Position numbers and translations under genes: made by a program. Positions 8,910-18,628 of a DNA stretch of 64,000 nt are shown piece after piece. The DNA comes from a virus. The DNA is taken from positions 32,001-96,000 of IMG/VR virus record IMGVR_UViG_3300030107_005430; one strand, written 5' to 3'. A model generated the notes under the pieces. It ran no database searches. It was not told the DNA's origin and was given only the letters and a program-made list of their open reading frames with translations. Position 1 is the stretch's first letter. Each line of letters opens with the position of its first letter.

Positions 8910-10272
8910 AAAATTCTATCCAGTTACTTTGAGAAGAAACATATGTATATAATTTTGATCTGATGGGATCATACCAGCGATCACCGTCTTGGGGACCCGA
9001 TGGTGCTGATTCCGACTCAGTAAATTTTCCGGTGTCGCTGATTGTCATTTCTATGTCTTTTCCTTTTTGAGCCAAAGTTACCCCGGTTCCTCTGAATATT
9101 AGATCAGAAACAGATTTTATCATTTGTTTATCATTCACACCATCCGTCTTGTCACGAATACCAACAGCACCACCCGCTGCTGCTAACCAATCTCTTGTTC
9201 CTGCCCAATCAAAATCTTGTGATGACGGTTGAATGTTTAATATATTTGCAAGTGTTTTTGTGTCGAGATATACCTTGTCTTCCTCTTCATCTAATCGAAG
9301 AGGGAACTGAAATTTAGTTTTATCAAATGCATTCGTTCCATCTTGTCCGGGATCACCTTTGTCGCCTTTTATTCCTTTCTTTCCTTCTACTCCTCTTTCG
9401 CCCCGATCCCCCCTTTGTCCTTTTGCTCCTTGCTTTCCTTTTGTCCCTTGCTTTCCGGGATCGCCTTTGTCGCCTTTCGGACCTTTTAGTCCAATAGGTC
9501 CTTGAGGACCGACTTCACCCTGTATTCCTTGCTCGCCTTGAGGACCGACTTCACCCTGTATTCCTTGCTCACCTTGAGGACCGACTTCACCTCTTGGACC
9601 TATTTCTCCGGGAATTCCCTGTTCTCCGGGATCGCCTTTGTCGCCTTTATCTCCAATTTCTCCCCGAATTCCCTGTTTACCTTCAAACCCCTTCGGTCCT
9701 TTTGGTAACTTTACTTCAAACAGAGTTTTATCTGTCATATGGATCAATGCAGTTTCAGAATCTAAGTTTTCTACATAACGAACACCAACACCCCTCTCGC
9801 CGTGTTCTCCCTGTTCTCCTTTATCACCTTTCTCACCGGGAATTCCGGGAAGTCCGGGTTTACCGTCATCTCCTCTTTGACCTCTTTCTCCTTGGACACC
9901 TTGAATTGGTTGCTCTTTAATCTCTATTATCTTTTCAACCACCTCTGGTTCTTTTGGTTGTTCTTGTTTTGGTGTTATGAATTTATTGAAACTTTGATTT
10001 ATTTGTGTAAAGGAACCTTCAAGAAGGAAAGGACTTTCGTTCTCATCCACCACAAAAATTTCACTCACACCATTTCCAAAAGAAATTATGTTTGCATTAT
10101 CATTTTCTTCTGTAATGGTAAAAATATGTCCTGCTTCGAATAAATTTTCAATAGGACGAATCAAAACAAATTTATCACCAATACCATTCGAAGAACTTAA
10201 AATATTAAATTCGTCTTTGTTTGGTTCTGTGTTTGATTCAACTTTCAGAAAATTATTAAACGGGAGAGGCAT
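8908..10272 (-). CDS. Collagen-like (Gly-X-Y) fibre protein
   Basis: Two long G-X-Y tracts (GERGQRGDDG..., GPQGEQGIQG...); C-terminal GDRWYD...KLYTY...NWIEF module. Confidence 0.88.
   Translation of the reverse strand: MPLPFNNFLKVESNTEPNKDEFNILSSSNGIGDKFVLIRPIENLFEAGHIFTITEENDNANIISFGNGVSEIFVVDENESPFLLEGSFTQINQSFNKFITPKQEQPKEPEVVEKIIEIKEQPIQGVQGERGQRGDDGKPGLPGIPGEKGDKGEQGEHGERGVGVRYVENLDSETALIHMTDKTLFEVKLPKGPKGFEGKQGIRGEIGDKGDKGDPGEQGIPGEIGPRGEVGPQGEQGIQGEVGPQGEQGIQGEVGPQGPIGLKGPKGDKGDPGKQGTKGKQGAKGQRGDRGERGVEGKKGIKGDKGDPGQDGTNAFDKTKFQFPLRLDEEEDKVYLDTKTLANILNIQPSSQDFDWAGTRDWLAAAGGAVGIRDKTDGVNDKQMIKSVSDLIFRGTGVTLAQKGKDIEMTISDTGKFTESESAPSGPQDGDRWYDPIRSKLYTYVSSQSNWIEF
9500..9591. repeat. 36-bp tandem repeat (about 2.5 copies) within the collagen gene
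   Basis: ccttgaggaccgacttcaccctgtattccttgctc(g/a) x2 plus a 20-bp third copy; encodes GEVGPQGEQGIQ. Confidence 0.95.
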
Positions 10273-10274
10273 GA

Positions 10275-10403
10275 TTATCCTATAAATTTAGTTGTTTGTT
10301 CTTTCTTCGTTTTAACAACAACACTTAAAACTGTTCCAAGAGTTGTTCTTCTTTTTCTTGGCGTTTTCAATTCTAAAACTTTATGAGTTATCTTTACCTT
10401 CAT
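10275..10403 (-). CDS. 42-aa basic hypothetical protein (below ORF-track cutoff)
   Basis: MKVKITHKVLELKTPRKRRTTLGTVLSVVVKTKKEQTTKFIG; ATGA-coupled upstream, ends 2 nt before the collagen ATG. Confidence 0.6.
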   Translation of the reverse strand: MKVKITHKVLELKTPRKRRTTLGTVLSVVVKTKKEQTTKFIG

Positions 10404-10837
10404 CGGGTTATCTCCCCAACGCACTCAAATCTTCCTTGCAACAAACGAATACTTCCGCCCGTTGCTGTGATTTCTAAGTCGTATAAATGTCGGCCGGTTG
10501 GAACGTATCCCATTGCAGTAGCACCTGCAAATATATAAATTCCACCGTTTAAATCTCCGGTATCACCCTCTGATCTATTCATCACGATACCACCAGTACA
10601 GGAAGTCCTTGCCGTACCACCTCCGGTTATTCCTGCGGTGCATCCCAGAATAGAACTATATGGGTTGGATGTTAGATTTAGAAGAATTTTTGATGCATCC
10701 GTAGATCTTCTTACCTGCATATTTGCAGAATAAGTTGGTGATGGAACACTAATACTATTTCCATTTTCATCTTGATAATGAACATGGAGAATAAAATTAT
10801 CTCCCTGATATGCAACTATATCATGTTTTGCAGGCAT
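10400..10837 (-). CDS. Fibre-attachment beta-sandwich protein (LtfC/BppU-like)
   Basis: QGD.F...Y.D...YSANMQVR...YDLEI...RLLQGRF...EITR pattern; AAGGAG RBS; possible late promoter GATATATA at 10859..10866. Confidence 0.65.
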   Translation of the reverse strand: MPAKHDIVAYQGDNFILHVHYQDENGNSISVPSPTYSANMQVRRSTDASKILLNLTSNPYSSILGCTAGITGGGTARTSCTGGIVMNRSEGDTGDLNGGIYIFAGATAMGYVPTGRHLYDLEITATGGSIRLLQGRFECVGEITR

Positions 10838-10870
10838 GAAAAACTCCTTATATATTACTATATATCCCTA

Positions 10871-12220
10871 TTATCTCTTTCGTTTCTTACCTTTCTTTGG
10901 AGATTGAGTCTTTGTTCCTACCTTTACTTTATTTCTTTTAGCCTCTTTTTCTGCTTTTTTCTTTTCTTTTGCTTTAGCCTTTTCTTGCATTTCCTTTACA
11001 AGTTGTTCTTTTGCATTTTCTGTGTGCATCTTACCAAGCAATTGTTCATATTGAATGAGATTATTCGCTACCCTTTCTCGTTCAGATTCTGGGATTAAAT
11101 TTTCATCAATCAACCTCTTACATGCATGATATCCGACATGTGGTTTTCCTGCTGCCCATGCACTTGCACCAAGTTCGTCGAGAATTTGATACTTATAAAC
11201 TTCATCACTGATGAACAAAATATCGTCATGTGGATATGGTATCTCTATAGCCATTTTTGCAAAAATATAACCAAGTCGTGGCTTATCGTGCATTTGACGA
11301 TATATTCTTGCTAATTGATATAGAGGTTCTGCTCTGGTTGGTCTGGAATCATAACAATCTAAAAACTTTTGCTGAATCTCTTCCCAAGGCTTATTTAAAA
11401 TTGCAGTAATCAAAGCAACACGATAAAGAGAATAATAGACTTCCTCTTCCCATCCTCCCATTTCTGCTCGTCTTTGATACTGTTCTATTGATTTTTCGTA
11501 TTGCTGAGAATCAAAATAACTCTGTGCAAGGTAGAAAACATATCTAGAATTATCAGGATCATAGAATTGAGATTCTTCATTATATAATGCATCGTATAAT
11601 TTCTCTGCATCCTTTGAGTATTTTTCTTGTGTTGAAATTCCCACGTTTCTTGCACCCAAAGTTCTTGCAGTGATTTTATAATCACTCATCAATTTACCAA
11701 TTTTAGGTTGAGGATTTCCTTGACAGTTAGCATATTCATGAAGAACTCCAACATAGTGCCAGTCAGAATCTAGACGGAATATTTGATTTCTCCACCAAAG
11801 AAAATCTTCTCTTCCTAGACGAAGACTGTATGCATCTTCTTTCATTTCTTCAGGATAGATAAGATCACCTTCGATGTAATCGTCTGCATCAATCATCCAT
11901 GCATATTCTGCATTTCCTTTTGCATTTTGAAGTGCTTCTGTTCTTGAACCAATTCCCTGAGAACCATCACCGAATCCTTTCCAGTCGGAAAGATAAACTT
12001 CTCCGGGAATCCCATGTTCATCCATAAATTCCGTAATGAGTTCCGGTGTTCCATCGGTAGAACCAGTGTCTGTAATGTCATAACGATCAATGTATGGAAG
12101 CATTGATTTGAGACATTCTTTAATGATGTGGGATTCATCTTTCACAATCATACAAAGAGTTACAGTTGTTGGTTTTTTTACCTTCTTGACAGTTTTTACT
12201 GTTTTCATTTCACTATCCAT
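10871..12220 (-). CDS. GT2 glycosyltransferase with TPR repeats and Lys-rich tail
   Basis: TLCMIVKDE, DTGSTDGT, IDADD, YVGVLHEY; RYVFYLAQSYFD and PTRAEPLYQLA TPR helices. Confidence 0.9.
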   Translation of the reverse strand: MDSEMKTVKTVKKVKKPTTVTLCMIVKDESHIIKECLKSMLPYIDRYDITDTGSTDGTPELITEFMDEHGIPGEVYLSDWKGFGDGSQGIGSRTEALQNAKGNAEYAWMIDADDYIEGDLIYPEEMKEDAYSLRLGREDFLWWRNQIFRLDSDWHYVGVLHEYANCQGNPQPKIGKLMSDYKITARTLGARNVGISTQEKYSKDAEKLYDALYNEESQFYDPDNSRYVFYLAQSYFDSQQYEKSIEQYQRRAEMGGWEEEVYYSLYRVALITAILNKPWEEIQQKFLDCYDSRPTRAEPLYQLARIYRQMHDKPRLGYIFAKMAIEIPYPHDDILFISDEVYKYQILDELGASAWAAGKPHVGYHACKRLIDENLIPESERERVANNLIQYEQLLGKMHTENAKEQLVKEMQEKAKAKEKKKAEKEAKRNKVKVGTKTQSPKKGKKRKR

Positions 12221-12234
12221 TTATTATCACCTTT

Positions 12235-13152
12235 CTATGATGTCACTTCTTTATATGAAGAAATCCAATCTTGAAGTTTTACTTTGGGATTCCATCCTAA
12301 CATTATTTTAATCTTATTGATATTTGCTTTTGATATTCTAACCTCTGCAAGTCTGGGTGGGATATGTTGAAATTTTGCATCATCTCCCCCTATCATTCGA
12401 ATTAAATCAAATATATTCCAATTAACTCCAGTTCCAACATTGAAAATTTCCCCAAACACATCCTCATTCTTTGTTATTGCAGCATTAATATTCGCTTGTA
12501 CAACATCACTCACATGAGTAAAATCTCTTCGTTGCATTCCATCACCAACAACTGTCATTTCTTCATTATTTTCGTGTTGTCGGAGGAATAATCCAATCAC
12601 AGGAGCATACTGTCCTTTTACTGGTTGTCTTTCTCCATAAACATTGAAGTAACGGAATATGATGGTTTCCATCCCATACATGTCGTGGAACATCTTACAC
12701 AGATTTTCGCCCGATACCTTTGTGATAGAATATGCATTCAGACAATCTGGAATCATATCTTCAGTTACGGGTGCTTGATTATTCAAACCGTAAGAAGAAG
12801 AAGTAGAAGAATATACAAATCTCTTCACTCCATGTTCTCTTGCCGCTTGCAGAACATTGCATGTCCCATAAACATTTGTTTTTGCGGTGAGTGTTGGATT
12901 ATGAATTGCGGGTTGAATTCTTGCTTCTGCTGCCAGATGAAATACACAATCTACATCTTCAAATAAAGATTCTATCTTGTCATAATCACAAATGTCATAC
13001 TTGTAGTTATCTGCCTTATTGTTCCAATAAAAAGAATCATGACAATCAGTTGATTCGTTGTCTATAACGATAACAGAATGATCAAGTTCCAATAGTTCAT
13101 CTACTAAATTAGAACCAATAAATCCTGCTCCTCCTGTCACTAAATAACGCAT
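12235..13152 (-). CDS. NAD-dependent nucleotide-sugar 4-epimerase (GalE/WbpP-like)
   Basis: VTGGAGFIGS, YSITK, FRYFNVYG, RDFTHV. Confidence 0.92.
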   Translation of the reverse strand: MRYLVTGGAGFIGSNLVDELLELDHSVIVIDNESTDCHDSFYWNNKADNYKYDICDYDKIESLFEDVDCVFHLAAEARIQPAIHNPTLTAKTNVYGTCNVLQAAREHGVKRFVYSSTSSSYGLNNQAPVTEDMIPDCLNAYSITKVSGENLCKMFHDMYGMETIIFRYFNVYGERQPVKGQYAPVIGLFLRQHENNEEMTVVGDGMQRRDFTHVSDVVQANINAAITKNEDVFGEIFNVGTGVNWNIFDLIRMIGGDDAKFQHIPPRLAEVRISKANINKIKIMLGWNPKVKLQDWISSYKEVTS

Positions 13153-14126
13153 TTCAAAATCTCCACAATTTTTTCACTAGAAGTACCATCACCATAAGGG
13201 CACTCTTCATCTACTATATAGTCGTCTTTTATTCGATTGAATATTTCCTTCAAATCATTTGGTTCTTTGCATAGTATAGAAGACGTTCCTACAGAAGCAA
13301 GTCTCTCTGTTTTCTTTCGACAAACAATTATTTTCTTTTTAAAGAAAGATGCTTCCTCCTGTATGCCCCCACTATCTGAAATTATAAATCTGCATTTTGA
13401 AATCGCATTGATCATATCATCATATGATAAAGGTTCAATTACTGACACATCCTTCAACAGATCTCTATGTTTTCTTATCTCTGGGTTTGGATGTATGGGT
13501 AATACAAATTGTAAATCGGGATTGTTGGATGCAAGTTCTGATATTTTTTCAAAATATTCTGGTATTAATTTTAAATTCTCTCTTCTGTGTAGAGTTACCA
13601 AAACCACATTGTCATATGATATAGGAATTCCTTTTAAATTATCCAGCACAGTATTTCCTACGACATGAACATCTCCTACGACATGATCTTGACTCAAGAA
13701 TCCTGCTTCAAAGGCTGTTGGTGCTAGATGAATAGTCGCTATCTTTGATATACTTTGTCTATAAAATTCTTCTGGATATGGATTCTCGATGTCATATGTT
13801 CTCATTCCCGCTTCCAGATGTATCACAGGAATCTTATGATGGAAAGCAGACAGAGCAACAGCATAAGCAGTAGCAGTATCTCCTTGCACTAGAACATGAG
13901 AAACCCATTCTTCCTCAAAATCAAAAGAATTCATAACAGAAGAAACAATCGAATCTAATCTGTTTCTACCATCCGAGATTTTAATTAGATGATCATATTC
14001 ACCATCAACCATATCATTGTGTTGTGAAACTCTTAAAATTTCAAACGGAACAACCCCCGTCATTTTTTTAATGAGGGGTTTGACTTTAATATACTCTGGT
14101 CTTGTTCCGTAACAAACTAATATCAT
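13140..14126 (-). CDS. wecB: UDP-GlcNAc 2-epimerase, non-hydrolysing type
   Basis: GTRPE, VQGDT, HLEAGMRT, PYPEE, LHRREN, DSGGIQEEA. Confidence 0.92.
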   Translation of the reverse strand: MILVCYGTRPEYIKVKPLIKKMTGVVPFEILRVSQHNDMVDGEYDHLIKISDGRNRLDSIVSSVMNSFDFEEEWVSHVLVQGDTATAYAVALSAFHHKIPVIHLEAGMRTYDIENPYPEEFYRQSISKIATIHLAPTAFEAGFLSQDHVVGDVHVVGNTVLDNLKGIPISYDNVVLVTLHRRENLKLIPEYFEKISELASNNPDLQFVLPIHPNPEIRKHRDLLKDVSVIEPLSYDDMINAISKCRFIISDSGGIQEEASFFKKKIIVCRKKTERLASVGTSSILCKEPNDLKEIFNRIKDDYIVDEECPYGDGTSSEKIVEILKCVI

Positions 14127-14129
14127 AAT

Positions 14130-14444
14130 CTACTCATTTTCAAAAAATTCAGATGCGTTTATTGCTTTGTCGTCAATATAATGATCTGCTGCGTGTTTGG
14201 TTCCTGTTCGAAGGGTGTGATATTTTACACCCCAATTTCTCAATTGTCTTTCAGTAACTTCGTGCCAATCTTTTCCAGAAACTGATCCTCTCGCAGTCTC
14301 TATGATAATTTTGTTTCCTTTATCATAGAGAGAATTTACCTTTTCAATTCTCTTCAAAATGGGATATGATTTATCATACTGTTGACGATGCCATCCCTCA
14401 TCAAGTTTACAAAGAGTCCCGTCCAAGTCGAAACAATAAATCAT
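14130..14444 (-). CDS. Capless HAD phosphatase
   Basis: FDLDGTLC, TARG, YIDDKA; 104 aa. Confidence 0.85.
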   Translation of the reverse strand: MIYCFDLDGTLCKLDEGWHRQQYDKSYPILKRIEKVNSLYDKGNKIIIETARGSVSGKDWHEVTERQLRNWGVKYHTLRTGTKHAADHYIDDKAINASEFFENE

Positions 14445-15076
14445 AATAATCTCTCCACAAATTTCATGTCGTCATAAGTATCAATTTGAACACTATCCGC
14501 AAAAGGCATTTCTACTACTGCTATCTTCCCACTCACTCTTGTCTTGTTTGCGATTAAACTCTTTTTAGTTGTGGTGTATGCAGCACCATTCTCAACATAA
14601 ACTTCATTTCTATCCTGTCTTCTTGGACGTTTTTCATTTCTAAAACCAATGGGTTGAACATCTAATGTCCATCGAGGATACCAATGTTCCCTGTATGCAG
14701 TAAAAGAAGAATCGTATCCTTCTTTGATTCTTTCTAAACTCTCGTTTATATATTTTGGAGACAACAAAGGAGAAGTTGGTTGAATGGAAACCAGAATATC
14801 AAAATCAACATTGTCGCAAAAATGTAATAGTGATTCTTCGTTTGGAGAATTATCTTTGGCAAATTCCTCTGGTCTGTCGATTACTTTTGCTCCAAACTTC
14901 TTTGCTATTGTTTTTATGTTTGAAGAATCTGTGCTAACCCAAACTTCATCCACATCAGAATATTTTGCTGCGTTAATGGTATATGCAATCAAAGGTTCTC
15001 CTCCCAATAACTGAATATTCTTATTGGGTATTCCTTTGCTTCCACCTCTCGCAAGAATTAATGCAATTGATTTCAT
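14441..15076 (-). CDS. neuA: CMP-nonulosonic acid synthetase
   Basis: LARGGSKGIPNKN, VSTD, QPTSPL, ENGA, IDT..D. Confidence 0.95.
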   Translation of the reverse strand: MKSIALILARGGSKGIPNKNIQLLGGEPLIAYTINAAKYSDVDEVWVSTDSSNIKTIAKKFGAKVIDRPEEFAKDNSPNEESLLHFCDNVDFDILVSIQPTSPLLSPKYINESLERIKEGYDSSFTAYREHWYPRWTLDVQPIGFRNEKRPRRQDRNEVYVENGAAYTTTKKSLIANKTRVSGKIAVVEMPFADSVQIDTYDDMKFVERLL

Positions 15077-15897
15077 CCTCTGAGTGCCTTTCTCTTTTTC
15101 ATTTCAGAATCAAACAATTCTCTCGGTCCACCTTCGCCGAATGATTTTTCTATATCTCTTATTCCCTTCACCAGTTTAATCAGTCCCATTGGTTCTACCG
15201 AAGATACATGATCCGAACCCCACATGGTTCGATCTAATGTAATGTGTCGTTCTACCCAAGATGCTCCCATTGCTACAGCAGCAAATGTTGTAACTAATCC
15301 ATATTCATGTCCACTATATCCTATCTCCTTTGATGGATATTTTTCTTTCAACCAATTAATATAGTTCAGATTCAATTCTCCGATTGGAGATGGATATGTA
15401 GAATTAGTATGAAAGATTAGATCGGGGTTTGATATCATTGTAGCATTTTCAATTTCTTTTTCTTCACTCATTCCAGTAGAAATCATTAAATAATCTGATT
15501 TATCTCTTGCATAAAATAAAAGATTATTATTTGTAATAAGAGCAGATGGAACTTTCATTGTCCCTGTATATCTTCTCATGAAGTCAACAGAGTCTATGTC
15601 CCAAACAGATGCAAATATTCCTATTCCTTTTGATTCAGCATATGAAAATAACTCATCATATTGAGAATCATCAAACTCCATTTTATATTTGTATTCAATA
15701 TAGGACATCTCTCCCCAAGGAGTATCTCTTCTCTTATATTTTTGATCTTCTGGAACACAAACGTCTGGATTTCTTTTTTGAAACTTTACAAAATCACAAC
15801 CAGAGATTGATGCAACATCAATCAATTTCTTTGCTGTCTCAACACTACCATTATGATTAATGCCGATCTCTGCAATAATTTTTGTGGTCATAATCAT
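15073..15897 (-). CDS. neuB: Nonulosonic acid (sialic acid/KDN) synthase, short form without the C-terminal antifreeze-like domain
   Basis: IAEIGINHNG, VKFQKR, STGMS, GYSGHE, VERHITLDR; 274 aa. Confidence 0.95.
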   Translation of the reverse strand: MIMTTKIIAEIGINHNGSVETAKKLIDVASISGCDFVKFQKRNPDVCVPEDQKYKRRDTPWGEMSYIEYKYKMEFDDSQYDELFSYAESKGIGIFASVWDIDSVDFMRRYTGTMKVPSALITNNNLLFYARDKSDYLMISTGMSEEKEIENATMISNPDLIFHTNSTYPSPIGELNLNYINWLKEKYPSKEIGYSGHEYGLVTTFAAVAMGASWVERHITLDRTMWGSDHVSSVEPMGLIKLVKGIRDIEKSFGEGGPRELFDSEMKKRKALRG

Positions 15898-16553
15898 TCA
15901 GTCCTTTCAAAGACAACTGTAGTATTATTATAAATCCATTTATCATAAGCAGGTGGTTCCTTCATCCAATAAACTTTATGTTTAATTTCATCCCAAACTT
16001 CTGGAGTTATTGTATAGATTAATTTCCAATCTTCAAGATTTAAAGATTCAAAAAACTCCATCCACTTTTCATGTGTCCAACATGTTAAATGTAGAGGTCC
16101 AACTCCATATTTATTTCCTTCGAGTGTGTTTACTATTTTATGTGCAACATACTTCCTTGATGTTCTAAAACACTCTCTGTGTGCTTTTTCTTGATCTTCT
16201 GGTCGCAAATGCTCAATCACATCAGTTGAACATACCAAATCAAAAGAATTATCATCAAAAGGAATATCTGTAATAGAAGCAACCTGTGCAGATACACCAC
16301 GTTCTATTGCTCGATCTATAGCAGTTTTAGAAACATCTATACCTTTACACTCTTTATCCAATGGTTCAAAAAAAGATTTTATACCAATTCCTGTAGAGCA
16401 TCCAACATCCAAAACGGATTTATATTCTATTTGTGATGGATGTAAACAGCAATTCAAAAATGCATCATAATGTGTAGATTTCAATTCATTACTGGAATGA
16501 TACCCATGTTTACTATACAATTCTTCATACAATTCTTCATAAAATTTAGTCAT
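15894..16553 (-). CDS. Class I SAM methyltransferase
   Basis: VLDVGCSTG, GIDVS, FDLVCSTDVIEHL. Confidence 0.9.
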   Translation of the reverse strand: MTKFYEELYEELYSKHGYHSSNELKSTHYDAFLNCCLHPSQIEYKSVLDVGCSTGIGIKSFFEPLDKECKGIDVSKTAIDRAIERGVSAQVASITDIPFDDNSFDLVCSTDVIEHLRPEDQEKAHRECFRTSRKYVAHKIVNTLEGNKYGVGPLHLTCWTHEKWMEFFESLNLEDWKLIYTITPEVWDEIKHKVYWMKEPPAYDKWIYNNTTVVFERTE

Positions 16554-17194
16554 CGGTTTGCCTTTTCGTATATTGGAAACTCTGATAAATCCTTATGCAT
16601 ACCAGAAGTTTCCAAGTCCTCATTATAATCTTCAATATCTTTAAACAATTCCAAACCCTCTGCTGCTTGTTCAGGAGGCATATACATGTTCCAACCGATC
16701 ATATCAAAGGAATCGTCTTTGTATAGTTTATCCATATGTCTTCCTTCATAACGAGCAACCTTGAACCACTCATATGCATCCTTGTCGTTTGTCAGGATCA
16801 TTCCACCCTTGCCGATTGGGATGTGCTTTCTCCTGTGGAAAGACAAACAGTAATATGAATCTTGGACATACATTCCTCTACGCATTCTTGTAGCACCATC
16901 CCAAACAGGATATGGATTCAATTGGTATGCTCCGCTCCACTCAATGTCTTCAAACTTAACTTGGCAGCCTGCGTGTATCACTGTACATGGTACGGAGACA
17001 TATGTTCTTTTTGGTAGAGTAATCTCCCCGTCTGCTTTTAGATACTTCAAACACAAAAACATTGCATCTGTGCAATTGTCTATAGCGACAGCATACTTAC
17101 TGCCTGCATATTTTGCAAGGCTTTTCTCAAATAAATCTACCACATCCCAAGGATCAGATAGATTATAATCCATCATATATTTTTCTACTAACAT
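16550..17194 (-). CDS. Short DegT/DnrJ-family PLP sugar aminotransferase
   Basis: FEKSLAKYAGSKYAVA, SFHRRKHIPIGKGGMILTND; only 214 aa. Confidence 0.82.
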   Translation of the reverse strand: MLVEKYMMDYNLSDPWDVVDLFEKSLAKYAGSKYAVAIDNCTDAMFLCLKYLKADGEITLPKRTYVSVPCTVIHAGCQVKFEDIEWSGAYQLNPYPVWDGATRMRRGMYVQDSYYCLSFHRRKHIPIGKGGMILTNDKDAYEWFKVARYEGRHMDKLYKDDSFDMIGWNMYMPPEQAAEGLELFKDIEDYNEDLETSGMHKDLSEFPIYEKANR

Positions 17195-17898
17195 GCAGAA
17201 CCTAACTTTGCATTTTCAATTGGATCAAATGTATCTGGAGTTTCATCACGACTCATTTTATCATAATACCCACCAACTGTAAAGGGTTGTTTTGTTGTGC
17301 ATGTGACTTTATCACATTTATCATCATACGCGAAACCGGGCATAACTCTAAAATCAAAACTGACTCTTGTTTTACCAGTTTCATTGTCTTTATTTCCATG
17401 ACGGCATTGATTTAAATAACCAATCATAAACTGACCATATTCTAAATTAACCGGAGAGAAATCTCCAAGTCCCGGAAGACTCTCTACCCAAACAGTATTT
17501 GTGTCAAAGGATTTTGTAAGTGGCAAAAATACATTCAACTCGCCGAGAGGATGCTTATGGTGAGAGTCACCATCTGAGTGCCACCTGTAAACTGCCTTTG
17601 CTCCGGGTCTGTTGAAACGAATACCGGGAGTCTTCTGGTAGATCAACTCGTCATCCTCAAACAACGGAAAGATAACTTCTCTAACGAATGCTTTGTATAA
17701 GTTATCAAATTCTGGCCATCCTCCATCAGCATCTATCTTTCCATAATAAATTTTATGAAGAGATGTGTGGGTGTCTTTACCAAGTGTCAAGTTTGTTTTT
17801 TGATCTTCACTGTCTAACTCTGATAGATCTATATTATAAAGACTTCCTACCAACTCAGCAAAGTAGTATTTCTTTGTATCATAATTTATTATTTTCAT
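17188..17898 (-). CDS. StrG-like 2OG-Fe(II) oxygenase-fold protein
   Basis: WHSD (HxD), NVFLPLT...NTVWVES, HGNKDNETGKTRVSFDFRV. Confidence 0.75.
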   Translation of the reverse strand: MKIINYDTKKYYFAELVGSLYNIDLSELDSEDQKTNLTLGKDTHTSLHKIYYGKIDADGGWPEFDNLYKAFVREVIFPLFEDDELIYQKTPGIRFNRPGAKAVYRWHSDGDSHHKHPLGELNVFLPLTKSFDTNTVWVESLPGLGDFSPVNLEYGQFMIGYLNQCRHGNKDNETGKTRVSFDFRVMPGFAYDDKCDKVTCTTKQPFTVGGYYDKMSRDETPDTFDPIENAKLGSAC

Positions 17899-18628
17899 TA
17901 TCGTTTCCTAATAAAAATGTATAGTTATCTCTGTCCTGATGCAAAAGAGTATATTCTGAAAATAATAAATTACCCAACTCGTTTTGTAATTTTTCATTCT
18001 CGACGGAACGCTTATCTCTCATCAACTCAAATTTTACAGAAATTAAACTGGGACGAATCTTAGTCTCCTTCATCATGTACAGAAGTGATGCAACCTCTGC
18101 TCCTTCGATGTTCAACTTTATAGCATCAACATGATCATGATTTAAAGTTTCCATAATAGAATCTATTTTCATTACTTTTAATGTTGTGAATCTATCCGTC
18201 CCTTGAAGATTATCAATACTCATACTAACATGATCTTCGTTTTGTGGATGGAAAAATTTAATATCAGTATCTTCACTATAAATACCGTAATCATGAAAGA
18301 ACATTCGATTAATGTCTGCTTTTGATTCTCGAATATACCTTGTATAATTTACATCTCCTCCTCCGAAACTAGAATCGTATGGAGGATCTATTTCTTTACC
18401 AACAAGATCGCAGCAAAAATCAAAATGTGGTTTGGATCTGGGAGTCGGATCAAAAATATGAATTTCAGATGATGTTAATCCCGACAGTAAAAACTCATAA
18501 CATAGATCTTCCCCCGCACCAAAAGAATACACCACTGATTCTTTTTTGATGTGATCTATCGGTAGATTAGACCAACAACCATACTGAGTTCCTTTAATTG
18601 TATTTAATGTTTTCATACAAATCTCCAT
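17879..18628 (-). CDS. FkbM-like O-methyltransferase
   Basis: VYSFGAGED, IFDPTP, IKLNIEGAE. Confidence 0.82.
   Translation of the reverse strand: MEICMKTLNTIKGTQYGCWSNLPIDHIKKESVVYSFGAGEDLCYEFLLSGLTSSEIHIFDPTPRSKPHFDFCCDLVGKEIDPPYDSSFGGGDVNYTRYIRESKADINRMFFHDYGIYSEDTDIKFFHPQNEDHVSMSIDNLQGTDRFTTLKVMKIDSIMETLNHDHVDAIKLNIEGAEVASLLYMMKETKIRPSLISVKFELMRDKRSVENEKLQNELGNLLFSEYTLLHQDRDNYTFLLGNDNENNKL

Noticed and set aside
9500-9591. 36-bp repeats resembling a CRISPR array
   Set aside because: No spacers; in-frame collagen coding repeat
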